NCBI RefSeq assembly: GCF_001481685.1
Contig: NZ_CP006867.1
Coordinates: 600,001-632,000, forward strand
DNA length: 32,000 nucleotides
Direction: 5' to 3'
Source of the DNA: Ignicoccus islandicus DSM 13165
GTDB lineage: Archaea > Thermoproteota > Thermoprotei_A > Sulfolobales > Ignicoccaceae
The notes beneath the pieces were generated by a model. It ran no database searches, had not been told where the DNA came from, and was given only the letters and a program-made list of their open reading frames with translations. Shown here one piece after another: positions 8,411-16,639 of the stretch. Position 1 is the first letter of the stretch. Each line of letters starts with the position of its first letter. A program made the translations under genes and the position numbers.

Positions 8411-9739
8411 ATGAGCAAGAAAGAGAAGCCTCACATGAACTTAGTAGTAATTGGACACGTAGACCACGGCAAGAGCACGCTAGTGGGCCACCTACTATAC
8501 GAGCTAGGCTTCGTCGATGAAAAGACCTTGAAGATGTTGGAAGAGGAAGCAAAGAAGAGGGGTAAGGAGAGCTTCAAGTATGCTTGGTTGCTAGACAAGC
8601 TAAAAGAGGAAAGAGAAAGAGGAGTTACTATCGACCTAACTTTCATGAAGTTCGAGACGCCCAAGTACTACTTTACCATAATTGACGCCCCCGGTCACAG
8701 AGACTTCATTAAGAACATGATCACTGGCGCTAGTCAAGCTGACGCTGCAATATTGGTAGTAAGCGCAAGGCCTGGTGAATTCGAAAGCGGTATGAGCGCA
8801 GAGGGCCAGACCAGAGAGCACATCTTGCTAGCTAAGACCATGGGTATCGACCAAATAATAGTCGCTGTAAACAAGATGGATGCCACCGAACCACCGTGGA
8901 GTGAAAAGAGGTATAACGAGATAGTCAACACCTTGAAGAAGTTCATGAAGAGCTTGGGTTTCAAAGTAGATCAAATTCCATTCATACCTGTCAGTGCATG
9001 GACCGGTGACAACATCATTAAGAGAAGCGAAAACATGCCTTGGTACAAGGGACCAACTCTAGTTGAAGCTTTAGATCAACTACAACCACCAAGCGTTGAG
9101 AAGTGGATGAAACTACCACTAAGGATACCTATACAAGACGTATACACTATCACGGGTGTTGGTACTGTACCAGTAGGAAGGGTTGAAACTGGTGTCCTAA
9201 GAGTAGGAGACAAGGTCGTATTCATGCCACCGGGTGTAGGCGGTGAAGTCAGATCTATCGAAATGCACCACGAGAAGATACAAGAAGCCAGGCCCGGTGA
9301 CAACATAGGTTTCAACGTCAGAGGTGTTGGTAAGGGTGACATAAAGAGAGGCGATGTCGCTGGCCACCCAGACAACCCGCCTACCGTTGCCGATCAATTC
9401 ACGGCAAGGGTCTTCGTCATATGGCATCCAAGCGCCATCGCAGTGGGATACACCCCAGTAGTTCACGCTCACACTGCTAGCATTGCATGCAGGATCATTG
9501 AGCTAAAGCAAAAGCTAGACCCAAGAACTGGTAAAGTGGTAGAGGAGAATCCGAGCTTCCTCAAAGCCGGTGATGCAGCAATTGTAACCTTCAAGCCACT
9601 GAAGCCTATGGTCATAGAGAAGTTCCAAGACATACCACCACTTGGAAGATTCGCAATGAGAGACATGGGTAAGACTGTAGGTATAGGTATTGTAACTGAC
9701 GTCAAGCCAATGAAAGTTGAAATCAAGTTAAAGAAGTAA
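8411..9739 (+). CDS. tuf: Translation elongation factor EF-1 alpha
   Basis: GHVDHGKST (G1), DAPGHRDF (G3) and NKMD (G4) are present. Full-length similarity to crenarchaeal aEF-1alpha, for example [24 protein letters not shown]. Confidence 0.98.
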   Translation: MSKKEKPHMNLVVIGHVDHGKSTLVGHLLYELGFVDEKTLKMLEEEAKKRGKESFKYAWLLDKLKEERERGVTIDLTFMKFETPKYYFTIIDAPGHRDFIKNMITGASQADAAILVVSARPGEFESGMSAEGQTREHILLAKTMGIDQIIVAVNKMDATEPPWSEKRYNEIVNTLKKFMKSLGFKVDQIPFIPVSAWTGDNIIKRSENMPWYKGPTLVEALDQLQPPSVEKWMKLPLRIPIQDVYTITGVGTVPVGRVETGVLRVGDKVVFMPPGVGGEVRSIEMHHEKIQEARPGDNIGFNVRGVGKGDIKRGDVAGHPDNPPTVADQFTARVFVIWHPSAIAVGYTPVVHAHTASIACRIIELKQKLDPRTGKVVEENPSFLKAGDAAIVTFKPLKPMVIEKFQDIPPLGRFAMRDMGKTVGIGIVTDVKPMKVEIKLKK

Positions 9740-9753
9740 AACAACTATTACTC

Positions 9754-9758
9754 TTTTT
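9754..9758 (+). terminator. Oligo-T tract downstream of tuf
   Basis: ctcTTTTTaa lies 15 nt after the tuf stop. Archaeal RNAP terminates at T-runs. Confidence 0.35.
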
Positions 9759-9826
9759 AACGCAAAGCTTCTCACATTAACAATACTCAACTTACTTATT
9801 CGAAAATAACTATTTACTAATACTCT

Positions 9827-10375
9827 TCAGCGATCACTGATTTTCTCTATAAGTAACTCGAGGTACGTTTTACTTACCACTTCCGCATCGGGCACTATCT
9901 CCCGTAGTTTCAAAAGAAGTTCATTTTTTGCATTCTCCAATTCCTCATTACTAGAAACAACTTTTTCTAACTCAATAAACCAACCTAACCCCTTAACGTT
10001 ATCTATTGCTATTGTTATATCCTCCCATTTCCACCTTTCTCTAGTTTTTTCAACTACGAAGACGGATTTCAAACAAAGTTTTTCTAATATCTGGCGAATT
10101 GCATCGCAACTATTTAATTCAACTTCAATCTCTTCCCTAACCTTTGCGCTCGGATCGAGTCTGGGTCCTTTATACGTTAACACGCATTTCCCATCACTTT
10201 TTCTCAGTCTTACTGCTTCATCAGTTACAGAGAAGTCTCGACAACATCCTCCCTCGCAGTCAAAATTAAAATATTCATCTATTTCGATTCTTTTTCCTAA
10301 GTACTTCGCCGAAAGGAGCTTTCTACGTATTACGTCAGGATCTTTAACCTTAGCTTTTATTTCAACCTCATACAT
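9827..10375 (-). CDS. CYTH-domain protein (CyaB-type class IV adenylyl cyclase / triphosphate tunnel metalloenzyme)
   Basis: N-terminal YEVEIKAKV (ExExK signature) and a size of 182 aa are typical of CYTH proteins. Confidence 0.7.
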   Translation of the reverse strand: MYEVEIKAKVKDPDVIRRKLLSAKYLGKRIEIDEYFNFDCEGGCCRDFSVTDEAVRLRKSDGKCVLTYKGPRLDPSAKVREEIEVELNSCDAIRQILEKLCLKSVFVVEKTRERWKWEDITIAIDNVKGLGWFIELEKVVSSNEELENAKNELLLKLREIVPDAEVVSKTYLELLIEKISDR

Positions 10376-10452
10376 ATCATGAATCCCTAGGACAACAGGA
10401 AGAAATAGCCTTATTTAACTCGCTCATACGCAAGGAACGGTGATAACTGAAG

Positions 10453-10653
10453 TTGAGCCTAAGGCTCGAAGTAGAGGTAGTTAAACCACCTGTATGCAGC
10501 AGTTGCAACCGTCTCGTTGTACCGAAGGGCAAGGAAGTAGGTGTTAAGTTTTACTGTCCTAATTGCGGCGAAGTAATTATCTGGAGATGTCCTAGCTGTA
10601 GGAAGCAGACTAAACCTTATCGCTGCCCCAAGTGTGGTTTTGAGGGGCCATGA
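10453..10653 (+). CDS. Zn-ribbon protein (COG2888-like) that commonly precedes aEF-1beta
   Basis: 66 aa with four CxxC pairs (CSSCN, CPNCG, CPSCR, CPKCG). TTG start. It sits directly upstream of the EF-1beta gene. Confidence 0.7.
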   Translation: MSLRLEVEVVKPPVCSSCNRLVVPKGKEVGVKFYCPNCGEVIIWRCPSCRKQTKPYRCPKCGFEGP

Positions 10654-10665
10654 AGAGTAAGCGAG

Positions 10666-10950
10666 GTGATGGACATGGTTAAAGTATTGGTAACTGTAAA
10701 AGTATATCCCGATAGCGTAGAAAGAGACTTAAACCAACTAGAAGAGTCAATAAAGAGTAAACTCCCAGAAAACTACGAGATAATTAAATCAGAAAGGATA
10801 CCGGTTGCCTTCGGCCTTAACTTACTAAAGCTCTATATAACAATGCCGGAAGAAACCGAGGGCGGAACCTCTGCGCTTGAAGACCTCTTAAAAGAAGTTG
10901 AGGGCGTAAGTGAGGTAGAGGTTGAATCCGTTCACAGAATATCCTATTAG
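10666..10950 (+). CDS. Translation elongation factor aEF-1 beta
   Basis: VLVTVKVYPDSVERDLNQLEESIK...IPVAFGLNLLKLYITMPEETEGG...VEGVSEVEVESVHRIS fits the aEF-1beta fold pattern. The true start may be the ATG at 10669 or 10675 rather than the GTG at 10666. Confidence 0.85.
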   Translation: MMDMVKVLVTVKVYPDSVERDLNQLEESIKSKLPENYEIIKSERIPVAFGLNLLKLYITMPEETEGGTSALEDLLKEVEGVSEVEVESVHRISY

Positions 10951-10953
10951 GCA

Positions 10954-10959
10954 TTTTTT
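10954..10959 (+). terminator. Oligo-T tract (T6) just after the EF-1beta stop
   Basis: gcaTTTTTTg was read directly 3 nt after the stop codon. Confidence 0.4.
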
Positions 10960-11103
10960 GTCGAGTTTGAAAACTTTGTATTTAATTGTACTTTCGCATT
11001 CTTCATTTTCGATTTCTCAATCTTCTTAAATCAAATTGAGGGCGCTATACTTCAGAAACTTATCTCCTAATAGATATCATAAAATGTGTTATAAAAGACG
11101 AAT

Positions 11104-11180
11104 TGGTGGGGCCGCGGGGATTTGAACCCCGGACCACGGGGGCCCAAGCCCCGCATCCTACCAAGCTAGACGACGGCCCC
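11104..11180 (-). tRNA. tRNA-Pro (anticodon UGG), CCA encoded, no intron
   Basis: Minus-strand sequence: GGGGCCG UC GUCU AGCUUGGUA GGAU G CGGGG CUUGGGC CCCCG UGGUC CGGGG UUCAAAU CCCCG CGGCCCC A CCA. It folds by hand into a cloverleaf with a 7-bp acceptor, 5-bp anticodon and T stems, a GG in the D loop, and a UUCAAAU T loop. It is a GC-rich island in AT-rich DNA. A TATA-like ATTAATAAAG (11202..11211) is centred about 26 nt upstream. Confidence 0.9.
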
Positions 11181-11206
11181 ATCAACATGGCTCTGAGAAT
11201 CCTTTA

Positions 11207-11386
11207 TTAATCTTCCTCGTGACCCCGTGTAGGTGCTACTAGGGCAAGAACCATAGTCAGCAACATGTATATAGTAGTTATCCAAGTCGCTATTGCTGGA
11301 CCGATATATTTTACAATAATTGTCCAGAGGAGCACTACACCAATAACCATTATTATTAACCAATCTTGAGTTGAGAGACTTCGCAT
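11207..11386 (-). CDS. Small hypothetical membrane protein (about 59 aa, two hydrophobic segments)
   Basis: MRSLSTQDWLIIMVIGVVLLWTIIVKYIGPAIATWITTIYMLLTMVLALVAPTRGHEED. I prefer the ATG at 11386 to the track GTG at 11416. The GTG would leave only 34 bp to the divergent gene at 11451. I recognise no homology. Confidence 0.35.
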   Translation of the reverse strand: MRSLSTQDWLIIMVIGVVLLWTIIVKYIGPAIATWITTIYMLLTMVLALVAPTRGHEED

Positions 11387-11450
11387 TTCTTGAAGGCCCC
11401 TAGTTTCAAATCTCACCGTCTTTTGATAGCTTTAGGGTGTAATTGAAACA

Positions 11451-12806
11451 TTGAGTTGTTGGCAAAGCCTCGAGAAAAGCATTGTACTGAACGTCGGTAG
11501 ATGTAGTTGGGGTAAATGTGTATTTTGCGGATGGGGTAAGAGGGAAGGTACGGAAAGTATCGATAACGCTATGAATAAAATAAGGAAAGCCGTAAGAGAG
11601 AAAGTACCAAAGAGGTTGAAGATATATACTTCTGGAAGCTTATTCGATGAGAACCAATATCCAAGGTATTTCCAATTATGGTTAGCTGAATTCATAGATA
11701 GAACCTGCGTGGAAGAACTTCAAGTTGAGAGCTTACCTTCGTTTATAAAGTACGAATTATTGCAACCTTTCCTCGGAAGATCATACAAACTCATTGTAGC
11801 TTTGGGACTAGAGGTGGCTGATAATGACGCACTTAGGAAACTCGGTAAGTATCCTGCCATGAGTGTTGAAAGTTACATCTCGACTGCACTTACCTTAAGG
11901 AATCTGGGAGTTGGAACTAGAACTTACGTCTTAGTAAATCCTCCTATCAAAGATTGGGAAGACTTGTTCCATAAGACCGTAGATATTGCATTGAAATACT
12001 CCGATGAGGTAGTGTTAATCAATACTTACCCACATTCAGAATCACCTCTATTCACTTTATGGATAAGTGGGAAATGGAGGCCTCTAGATGAAGAGCATTT
12101 CATGAGAATTGTCAAACCATATCTAAATAATCCGAGGATATCAATAGACTTCAACAATTTCGCTTTCAAACCAAACTTTCCAAAACGCTTAAGGAAACGT
12201 ATAAAAGGGGCCGGTAAGGAACAGCTTATTCATCCGTACTACGAAGTGTGGCAAGACTTCATTACGAGGTTCTATACTCCACCTAGAAGGAAATCGGTTC
12301 TCTTATTTGTGCCTTGTTCTTATAGAAAACCATATTATAAGAGTAAGACGTGGAAAGCAATACTGAACGTTCTAAGAAGGGTTGGATTAAGAAGTGTGAC
12401 GCACCTCGTTGCGATAAGTTCACCAGGAGTAGTTCCTGAAGAATTTTCCAATGAATATCCCTTTAACAGCTACGATTGGCCCGAGTGGGAGGAAACCGAA
12501 GAAATAAAGAGACTCTATATTAAAGTGAATAAAGAGAGAATAAAGAGATACTTACTACGTCATAAGGATAAGTATAAGGTAATCGCATACTACTTGAAGC
12601 CTTCTAGTGAAAGCGCAAAAGCTTTGGAAGAAGCTTGCAAGGAATTAGGATTAGAGTGCATTAAATGTCTACCAGAAGAGGTCTTCGAAAAGGTGAGGAA
12701 AGAAGTAACATCTTCAGAAATAACGCATGAGCTTTCTTTGAAATCTCTGGAAGAATGCCTTAAGAGAATTAAAGTTAAATACGAGATTAGAAAAGCTAAA
12801 ACATAG
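11451..12806 (+). CDS. Two-domain protein: N-terminal radical-SAM-like domain fused to a C-terminal ArcS-C1/DUF5591-like domain
   Basis: 451 aa with a TTG start. The Cys cluster C18-x4-C23-x2-C26 (GRCSWGKCVFCGW) sits at the extreme N-terminus, followed by a TIM-barrel-like alternation (KIYTSGSLFD, VALGLEV, YVLVNPP). The C-terminal part carries PCSYRKPYYKS (PC-x3-KPY-x2-S, residues 288-298) and VAISSPGVVPEEFSNEYPFNSYDWPE. Confidence 0.6.
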   Translation: MSCWQSLEKSIVLNVGRCSWGKCVFCGWGKREGTESIDNAMNKIRKAVREKVPKRLKIYTSGSLFDENQYPRYFQLWLAEFIDRTCVEELQVESLPSFIKYELLQPFLGRSYKLIVALGLEVADNDALRKLGKYPAMSVESYISTALTLRNLGVGTRTYVLVNPPIKDWEDLFHKTVDIALKYSDEVVLINTYPHSESPLFTLWISGKWRPLDEEHFMRIVKPYLNNPRISIDFNNFAFKPNFPKRLRKRIKGAGKEQLIHPYYEVWQDFITRFYTPPRRKSVLLFVPCSYRKPYYKSKTWKAILNVLRRVGLRSVTHLVAISSPGVVPEEFSNEYPFNSYDWPEWEETEEIKRLYIKVNKERIKRYLLRHKDKYKVIAYYLKPSSESAKALEEACKELGLECIKCLPEEVFEKVRKEVTSSEITHELSLKSLEECLKRIKVKYEIRKAKT

Positions 12807-12922
12807 AAAACGTTATTGCAGTTAAGTTGTGTACACTACACATCAAAACGGTGCATTTCAAGTATAGAATTCGAATATTATATTTATTAACTTCAAATAA
12901 TATAGAAAGGTGGTGAAGGAAT

Positions 12923-13156
12923 ATGTTAAGAAGGAGAGAAGTAAAGGTACGGGAAGTAGTAGGACGGAAGGTGGTCAATAAGAAAGAATACAGGTACACC
13001 TACTATACTCTACCTCTGAACATCTACATACCAAAGCACGTCGTAGAGAAGTACGATAAGGACTATGTATTAGAGATAAATACTGAAACTGGTGAAATAA
13101 GGGCATTCCCAAAGAAACTCAAGGAAAACGTACCTCAAGTAGAGGCAACTCAATAA
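12923..13156 (+). CDS. Hypothetical small basic protein (77 aa), possibly AbrB/SpoVT-like
   Basis: ATG preceded by GGTGGTGAAGG. YYTLPLNIYIPKHVVEKYDKDYVLEINTETGEIRAFP loosely resembles a swapped-hairpin DNA-binding module. The assignment is weak. Confidence 0.4.
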   Translation: MLRRREVKVREVVGRKVVNKKEYRYTYYTLPLNIYIPKHVVEKYDKDYVLEINTETGEIRAFPKKLKENVPQVEATQ

Positions 13157-13200
13157 CCCTAGAATATCAAAAGATTTCATAAGCAGTTAAAGTACAAACT

Positions 13201-13539
13201 TCAATTCTCCTTAGAAACAATCTTTTTATATTTTTCTCTTAGGATCTCTGCTAATTCTTTGCCATAGTACTCTTCGACTTTTTCAATTAGGTCTTCGACG
13301 ACGTTTTTATAAGGCTTTAATAGTTTCAATACCTCAGCAAACTCCGTCTCAAAATACTTTTTGAGACCTTCCCGTGGGTCTTCTACTTCGAATGAATTGA
13401 ACTTAAATTTACTCTCGGCTGTCCAAACCATTCTCCTTAAATCAGAAGCTAGTCTCGATCCTATTTCGTTCTGATGTTCAGCAATAACTACATTGAAGAC
13501 TTGACGCAAGAAGTCCGGATACTTAGGCATCACCAACAC
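13201..13539 (-). CDS. Hypothetical protein (112 aa, predicted helical, Lys/Glu-rich)
   Basis: Clean ORF with coding-like composition. I recognise no family. Confidence 0.45.
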   Translation of the reverse strand: MLVMPKYPDFLRQVFNVVIAEHQNEIGSRLASDLRRMVWTAESKFKFNSFEVEDPREGLKKYFETEFAEVLKLLKPYKNVVEDLIEKVEEYYGKELAEILREKYKKIVSKEN

Positions 13540-13693
13540 TCCCCATACAGGCCTTTCGTCATCCCTATTATGAGGTCTTTCCCGGATTCTACGGTCATTG
13601 AAAATAATATATCGTAAATTATACCAATAAATTGTAAACTATTTATTATAGAATACAATTCGTATTTGAACTATTCCTGAAAGCACTCTAGGA

Positions 13694-14155
13694 TTAAATT
13701 TCATCCTCATCCAGCTCTTCTAATGCCTCTAACTCCTCTAATTCTTCATCAATAGCTTCTTCCTCTGCTTCCTCTTCAGTGCCCAGTATATCTTCGATAG
13801 CCTCAATCTCCTCTTCGGTTGTCTGAGGAACTTCCTCTTCTTGAAACTTTGCAAGCTCTTCTGGATTAGCTGTATAGGAGCCGTCTGGAAGCTCAAATAT
13901 TCTATTTTCTTCTAAGAGTTTTAAGAGAGCTCTTCTAAGTCTATCTTCACCTGCTGTAGCGGAAAACACCTCCTTGAGTTCTTTGAACTTCATTCTCTTT
14001 TCTTGCAATATATTTAGAATTAGTTGTTCCAATTCGATGTCATCAGGAGCTGCTAGAAGCACTATTTCGTCATCTTCATATATTTTTTCGAGTTTGTTTA
14101 TTACTTCCTCTTGGACATCATCAACGGGTTTCTTTTCCTTGTTCACATCCTCCAA
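13694..14155 (-). CDS. Hypothetical protein with a winged-helix-like core and an extremely acidic C-terminal tail
   Basis: 153 aa. TTG start with GGAGGGT 9 nt upstream. The core LILNILQEKRMKFKELKEVFSATAGEDRLRRALLKLLEENRIFELPDGSY looks like a wHTH. The last 45 residues or so are mostly E/D (TEEEAEEEAIDEELEELEALEELDEDEI). Confidence 0.5.
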   Translation of the reverse strand: MEDVNKEKKPVDDVQEEVINKLEKIYEDDEIVLLAAPDDIELEQLILNILQEKRMKFKELKEVFSATAGEDRLRRALLKLLEENRIFELPDGSYTANPEELAKFQEEEVPQTTEEEIEAIEDILGTEEEAEEEAIDEELEELEALEELDEDEI

Positions 14156-14272
14156 TCTTTTTTACCCTCCGTAAAGTTTTGAATAAATCTATCATAAAAG
14201 TTTAAGCTCTAGCTTTAGAGAAAGTTATCGTACTTTGATTCGTCTTTACTAGCTGGTACTTCTCGAAGGTTT

Positions 14273-14318
14273 ATATTACTTTAATATTACTAACCCCTAG
14301 GCTTCCTCTGAATCCCAC
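14273..14318. repeat. Left arm of a 46-bp perfect inverted repeat
   Basis: atattactttaatattactaacccctaggcttcctctgaatcccac is the exact reverse complement of 14707..14752. Confidence 0.95.
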
Positions 14319-14706
14319 TACTATCCCATTATATATTGTGTAACTCCTGTATTTGCTTTGATCCTCAATATCGTCTCCTTAGTGTTACTATACTATTACT
14401 AAGGACGTTTTTCAACAGCACACAAATTGGGACCAAATACTGGCTTACAAGAACTGCATCGTTGCTATAGCCTTCGCTATTTTCTCATTGCAATTTCACC
14501 GAAGAGAGATTTTGTTGTCTGTATGTTATTCATTTAATTGAAACACGTTTTTCAATCAATGTACTTCAACTTTGTTTATGAATAATTATACAAAACTCGC
14601 TTCTTAATAAAGTGAGTATGTAGAGTTACAGACGAAATAAACCACCTGTATATATTGGTGTAATACTTCCCAGTACGTTTGTTGCGAGGTATTGTGTCCC
14701 ATAGGT

Positions 14707-14752
14707 GTGGGATTCAGAGGAAGCCTAGGGGTTAGTAATATTAAAGTAATAT
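14707..14752. repeat. Right arm of a 46-bp perfect inverted repeat
   Basis: gtgggattcagaggaagcctaggggttagtaatattaaagtaatat is the exact reverse complement of 14273..14318. Confidence 0.95.
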
Positions 14753-14761
14753 GTATTACTA

Positions 14762-16576
14762 TTAAAGCTTGTCCATCTCATCTAAGGCTTTAATCAAATA
14801 CTCTGAATCTGTAACGAATTCGTGTAGATCCAACGATTTCAAGGTAGAAGGAAGTGGTATACCATTTATCAGACTCCATCCCCTTTTCTTATAATACTCT
14901 GTTTTTGCTTCCTCCATATCCTCGTAACTTAGGAACGCTTTCAAGCCCTTTGCTGGTCCTGTAGGTGCAGGTTCCATCCATCGTGGAGGTACGGTATCAT
15001 CAGACCTTCTTATACCACTCTTTATTGCCCACAATCTGCTCAGACTTTCCGTTCTCCAAGAGAGGGCCCGTAGTTCCTCTACACTGATGGAAATACCATA
15101 AACAATTTCTAGTAGTTTAGAGAAGTCTTCGAAGTTGTATGGTAGGAAAACACACGTGCCCATATGGTCTTGGACGCTCACCCTATCCCTATCTTCTATT
15201 AGACTATCGATTGCATTGACTGCTGGCTCCTTAGGTGGTTTATGAGGTCGAGGCCAACCCCTCAGATGACTTGCACCCACATCAGCTGTTGCGTAACTTA
15301 AACCAAACCCTAACAAACCTCTTGGATCCCAAGCAGGTGCCTCTAACCCTTTCACGTGAACGGCCCATTCCTTTCCATATCCAACGATTTCAGTTATTCT
15401 TTTAAGACCTTCTGCAAGCAATGCTCCTATTTCCTTCCGCTCAGCTATCAGCTTCATCAATTCTCTTTGCTTCTCTGCTTCACCCCACTTTATATCGTAG
15501 AGCTTATAGCCCCTTTCGGTCGTTTCCATTAGCCAACCTATCACGTTTCCGGTAGATATGCTATCTAATCCTAGCTCATTTACAGTTTTTATTGCTTTTA
15601 GCACATCATCCAATTTATATATTCCGTCCGCTGCACCAAGCATACCTAAATGCTCGTATTCGCTCTTAATTCCTTCTATTACTTTAGGACATTTGACTGG
15701 ACACATGTAACCATAGGTTGATGGGTCTTCTTCAGCGACACTTATTGCCCTCTTAATTATTTCATCTCCTTTTAACTCACCGACGTCGCCTAGATGCGTG
15801 AACTTGAAATTGTAATGAGGTGCCATTCCTAGCATGTCGGCTTGCACGAGAGCGTTATTAGTTCCATATTTTGAGAATCTAGACTGCTTTCCCAAACGAA
15901 CGTAGAGTTCTGTAACGTATTTTCTCCATTCATCCCAACCCCCAGCGGGTTCCTCTATGTGATTTGCGGTTTTTACAGCAATTGCTTTTAGATTCTTTGA
16001 ACCCCAGACTGCACCTATACCCCCTCTTCCAGCCGCCCTCAGTTTGTCTACAATAATTGATGCATAACGAACTTTATTCTCACCAGCCCTACCTATGGCA
16101 GCTACGCTTACCTTTCCGTGTTTTGTCCTTAAACTATTAACAGTTTCCGATACGCTCTTGCCCCATAAATCGTTTGCATCTATTATATCAATATAATCAT
16201 CTTCAATATATAGATATACTGGTTCGCTGGCCCTACCCTTAATTATTACTGCATCGATTCCAGCCATGCGTAACTTCGGTCCGAAAACTTCTCCAGCATA
16301 AGAATCATGTATTAAACCCGTTAAAGGAGAAATTGTGCCAAAGCAAGTCTTACCGGAGCCCGGAGCGTAACCCGATAACGCTCCGGGTGCTATTACAGCT
16401 ACATTGTGTTCGCTTAAGGGATCTATTGGTAAACCTACTTCTTTATAAAGATAATACGTACAGAATCCCTTACCTCCCCAGAACCTTAAGGAGACGTCCT
16501 TCGGTATTTTCCTCTTTTCGATAGAATTTCTTGTTAAATCTACGTAGAGGATCCTCCTATTCTCAATATTCACCAT
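14762..16576 (-). CDS. aor: Aldehyde:ferredoxin oxidoreductase family (tungstopterin enzyme)
   Basis: 604 aa. The N-terminus ILYVDLTRNSIEKRKIPKDVSLRFWGGKGFCTYYL and the overall length and layout are typical of AOR-family enzymes. Confidence 0.88.
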   Translation of the reverse strand: MVNIENRRILYVDLTRNSIEKRKIPKDVSLRFWGGKGFCTYYLYKEVGLPIDPLSEHNVAVIAPGALSGYAPGSGKTCFGTISPLTGLIHDSYAGEVFGPKLRMAGIDAVIIKGRASEPVYLYIEDDYIDIIDANDLWGKSVSETVNSLRTKHGKVSVAAIGRAGENKVRYASIIVDKLRAAGRGGIGAVWGSKNLKAIAVKTANHIEEPAGGWDEWRKYVTELYVRLGKQSRFSKYGTNNALVQADMLGMAPHYNFKFTHLGDVGELKGDEIIKRAISVAEEDPSTYGYMCPVKCPKVIEGIKSEYEHLGMLGAADGIYKLDDVLKAIKTVNELGLDSISTGNVIGWLMETTERGYKLYDIKWGEAEKQRELMKLIAERKEIGALLAEGLKRITEIVGYGKEWAVHVKGLEAPAWDPRGLLGFGLSYATADVGASHLRGWPRPHKPPKEPAVNAIDSLIEDRDRVSVQDHMGTCVFLPYNFEDFSKLLEIVYGISISVEELRALSWRTESLSRLWAIKSGIRRSDDTVPPRWMEPAPTGPAKGLKAFLSYEDMEEAKTEYYKKRGWSLINGIPLPSTLKSLDLHEFVTDSEYLIKALDEMDKL

Positions 16577-16639
16577 ATCTTATCTTCCCAGAAGGTAATA
16601 CTATGTGATAGGATTTGAAAAGAGTGGTGTGAAAACTCA

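Larger units (their letters stand above)
14273..14752. mobile_element. 480-bp non-coding element with 46-bp terminal inverted repeats (MITE-like; an inverton-like switch is the alternative)
   Basis: Perfect arms enclose a 388-bp AT-rich core with no ORF longer than about 18 codons by eye. It sits in the largest intergenic gap of the window. No transposase or recombinase gene is present in the window. Confidence 0.45.

Noticed and set aside
8431-9744. Six minus-strand ORFs (61-99 aa) inside tuf
   Set aside because: They are antisense to a highly conserved EF-1alpha gene and are typical shadow ORFs. The same reasoning applies to the antisense or out-of-frame ORFs at 513..728, 1004..1273, 3435..3623, 5852..6088, 6638..6970, 7170..7400, 7560..8264, 11432..11695, 12796..12999, 13974..14174, 16333..16524, 17804..18442, 19024..19212, 19372..19666, 23254..24034, 27656..27865, 28203..28526 and 29375..29641.
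11166-11363. Track ORF of 65 aa on the minus strand
   Set aside because: It overlaps the tRNA-Pro gene and competes with the more plausible two-TM small ORF in another frame.
14319-14706. Idea that the inverted repeats are a processing stem around a structured RNA gene (rRNA/RNase P-like)
   Set aside because: The core is AT-rich, with no extended internal complementarity by eye. The genuine structural RNAs in this window (tRNA, SRP RNA) are strongly GC-rich, as expected in a hyperthermophile.
11104-14760. Possible integrated element at tRNA-Pro (small hypothetical genes downstream, inverted-repeat element at the far side)
   Set aside because: There is no integrase gene. I found no second copy of the tRNA 3' half (gatttgaacc..) anywhere in the window to serve as att. 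The region also contains the large radical-SAM gene, which looks chromosomal.
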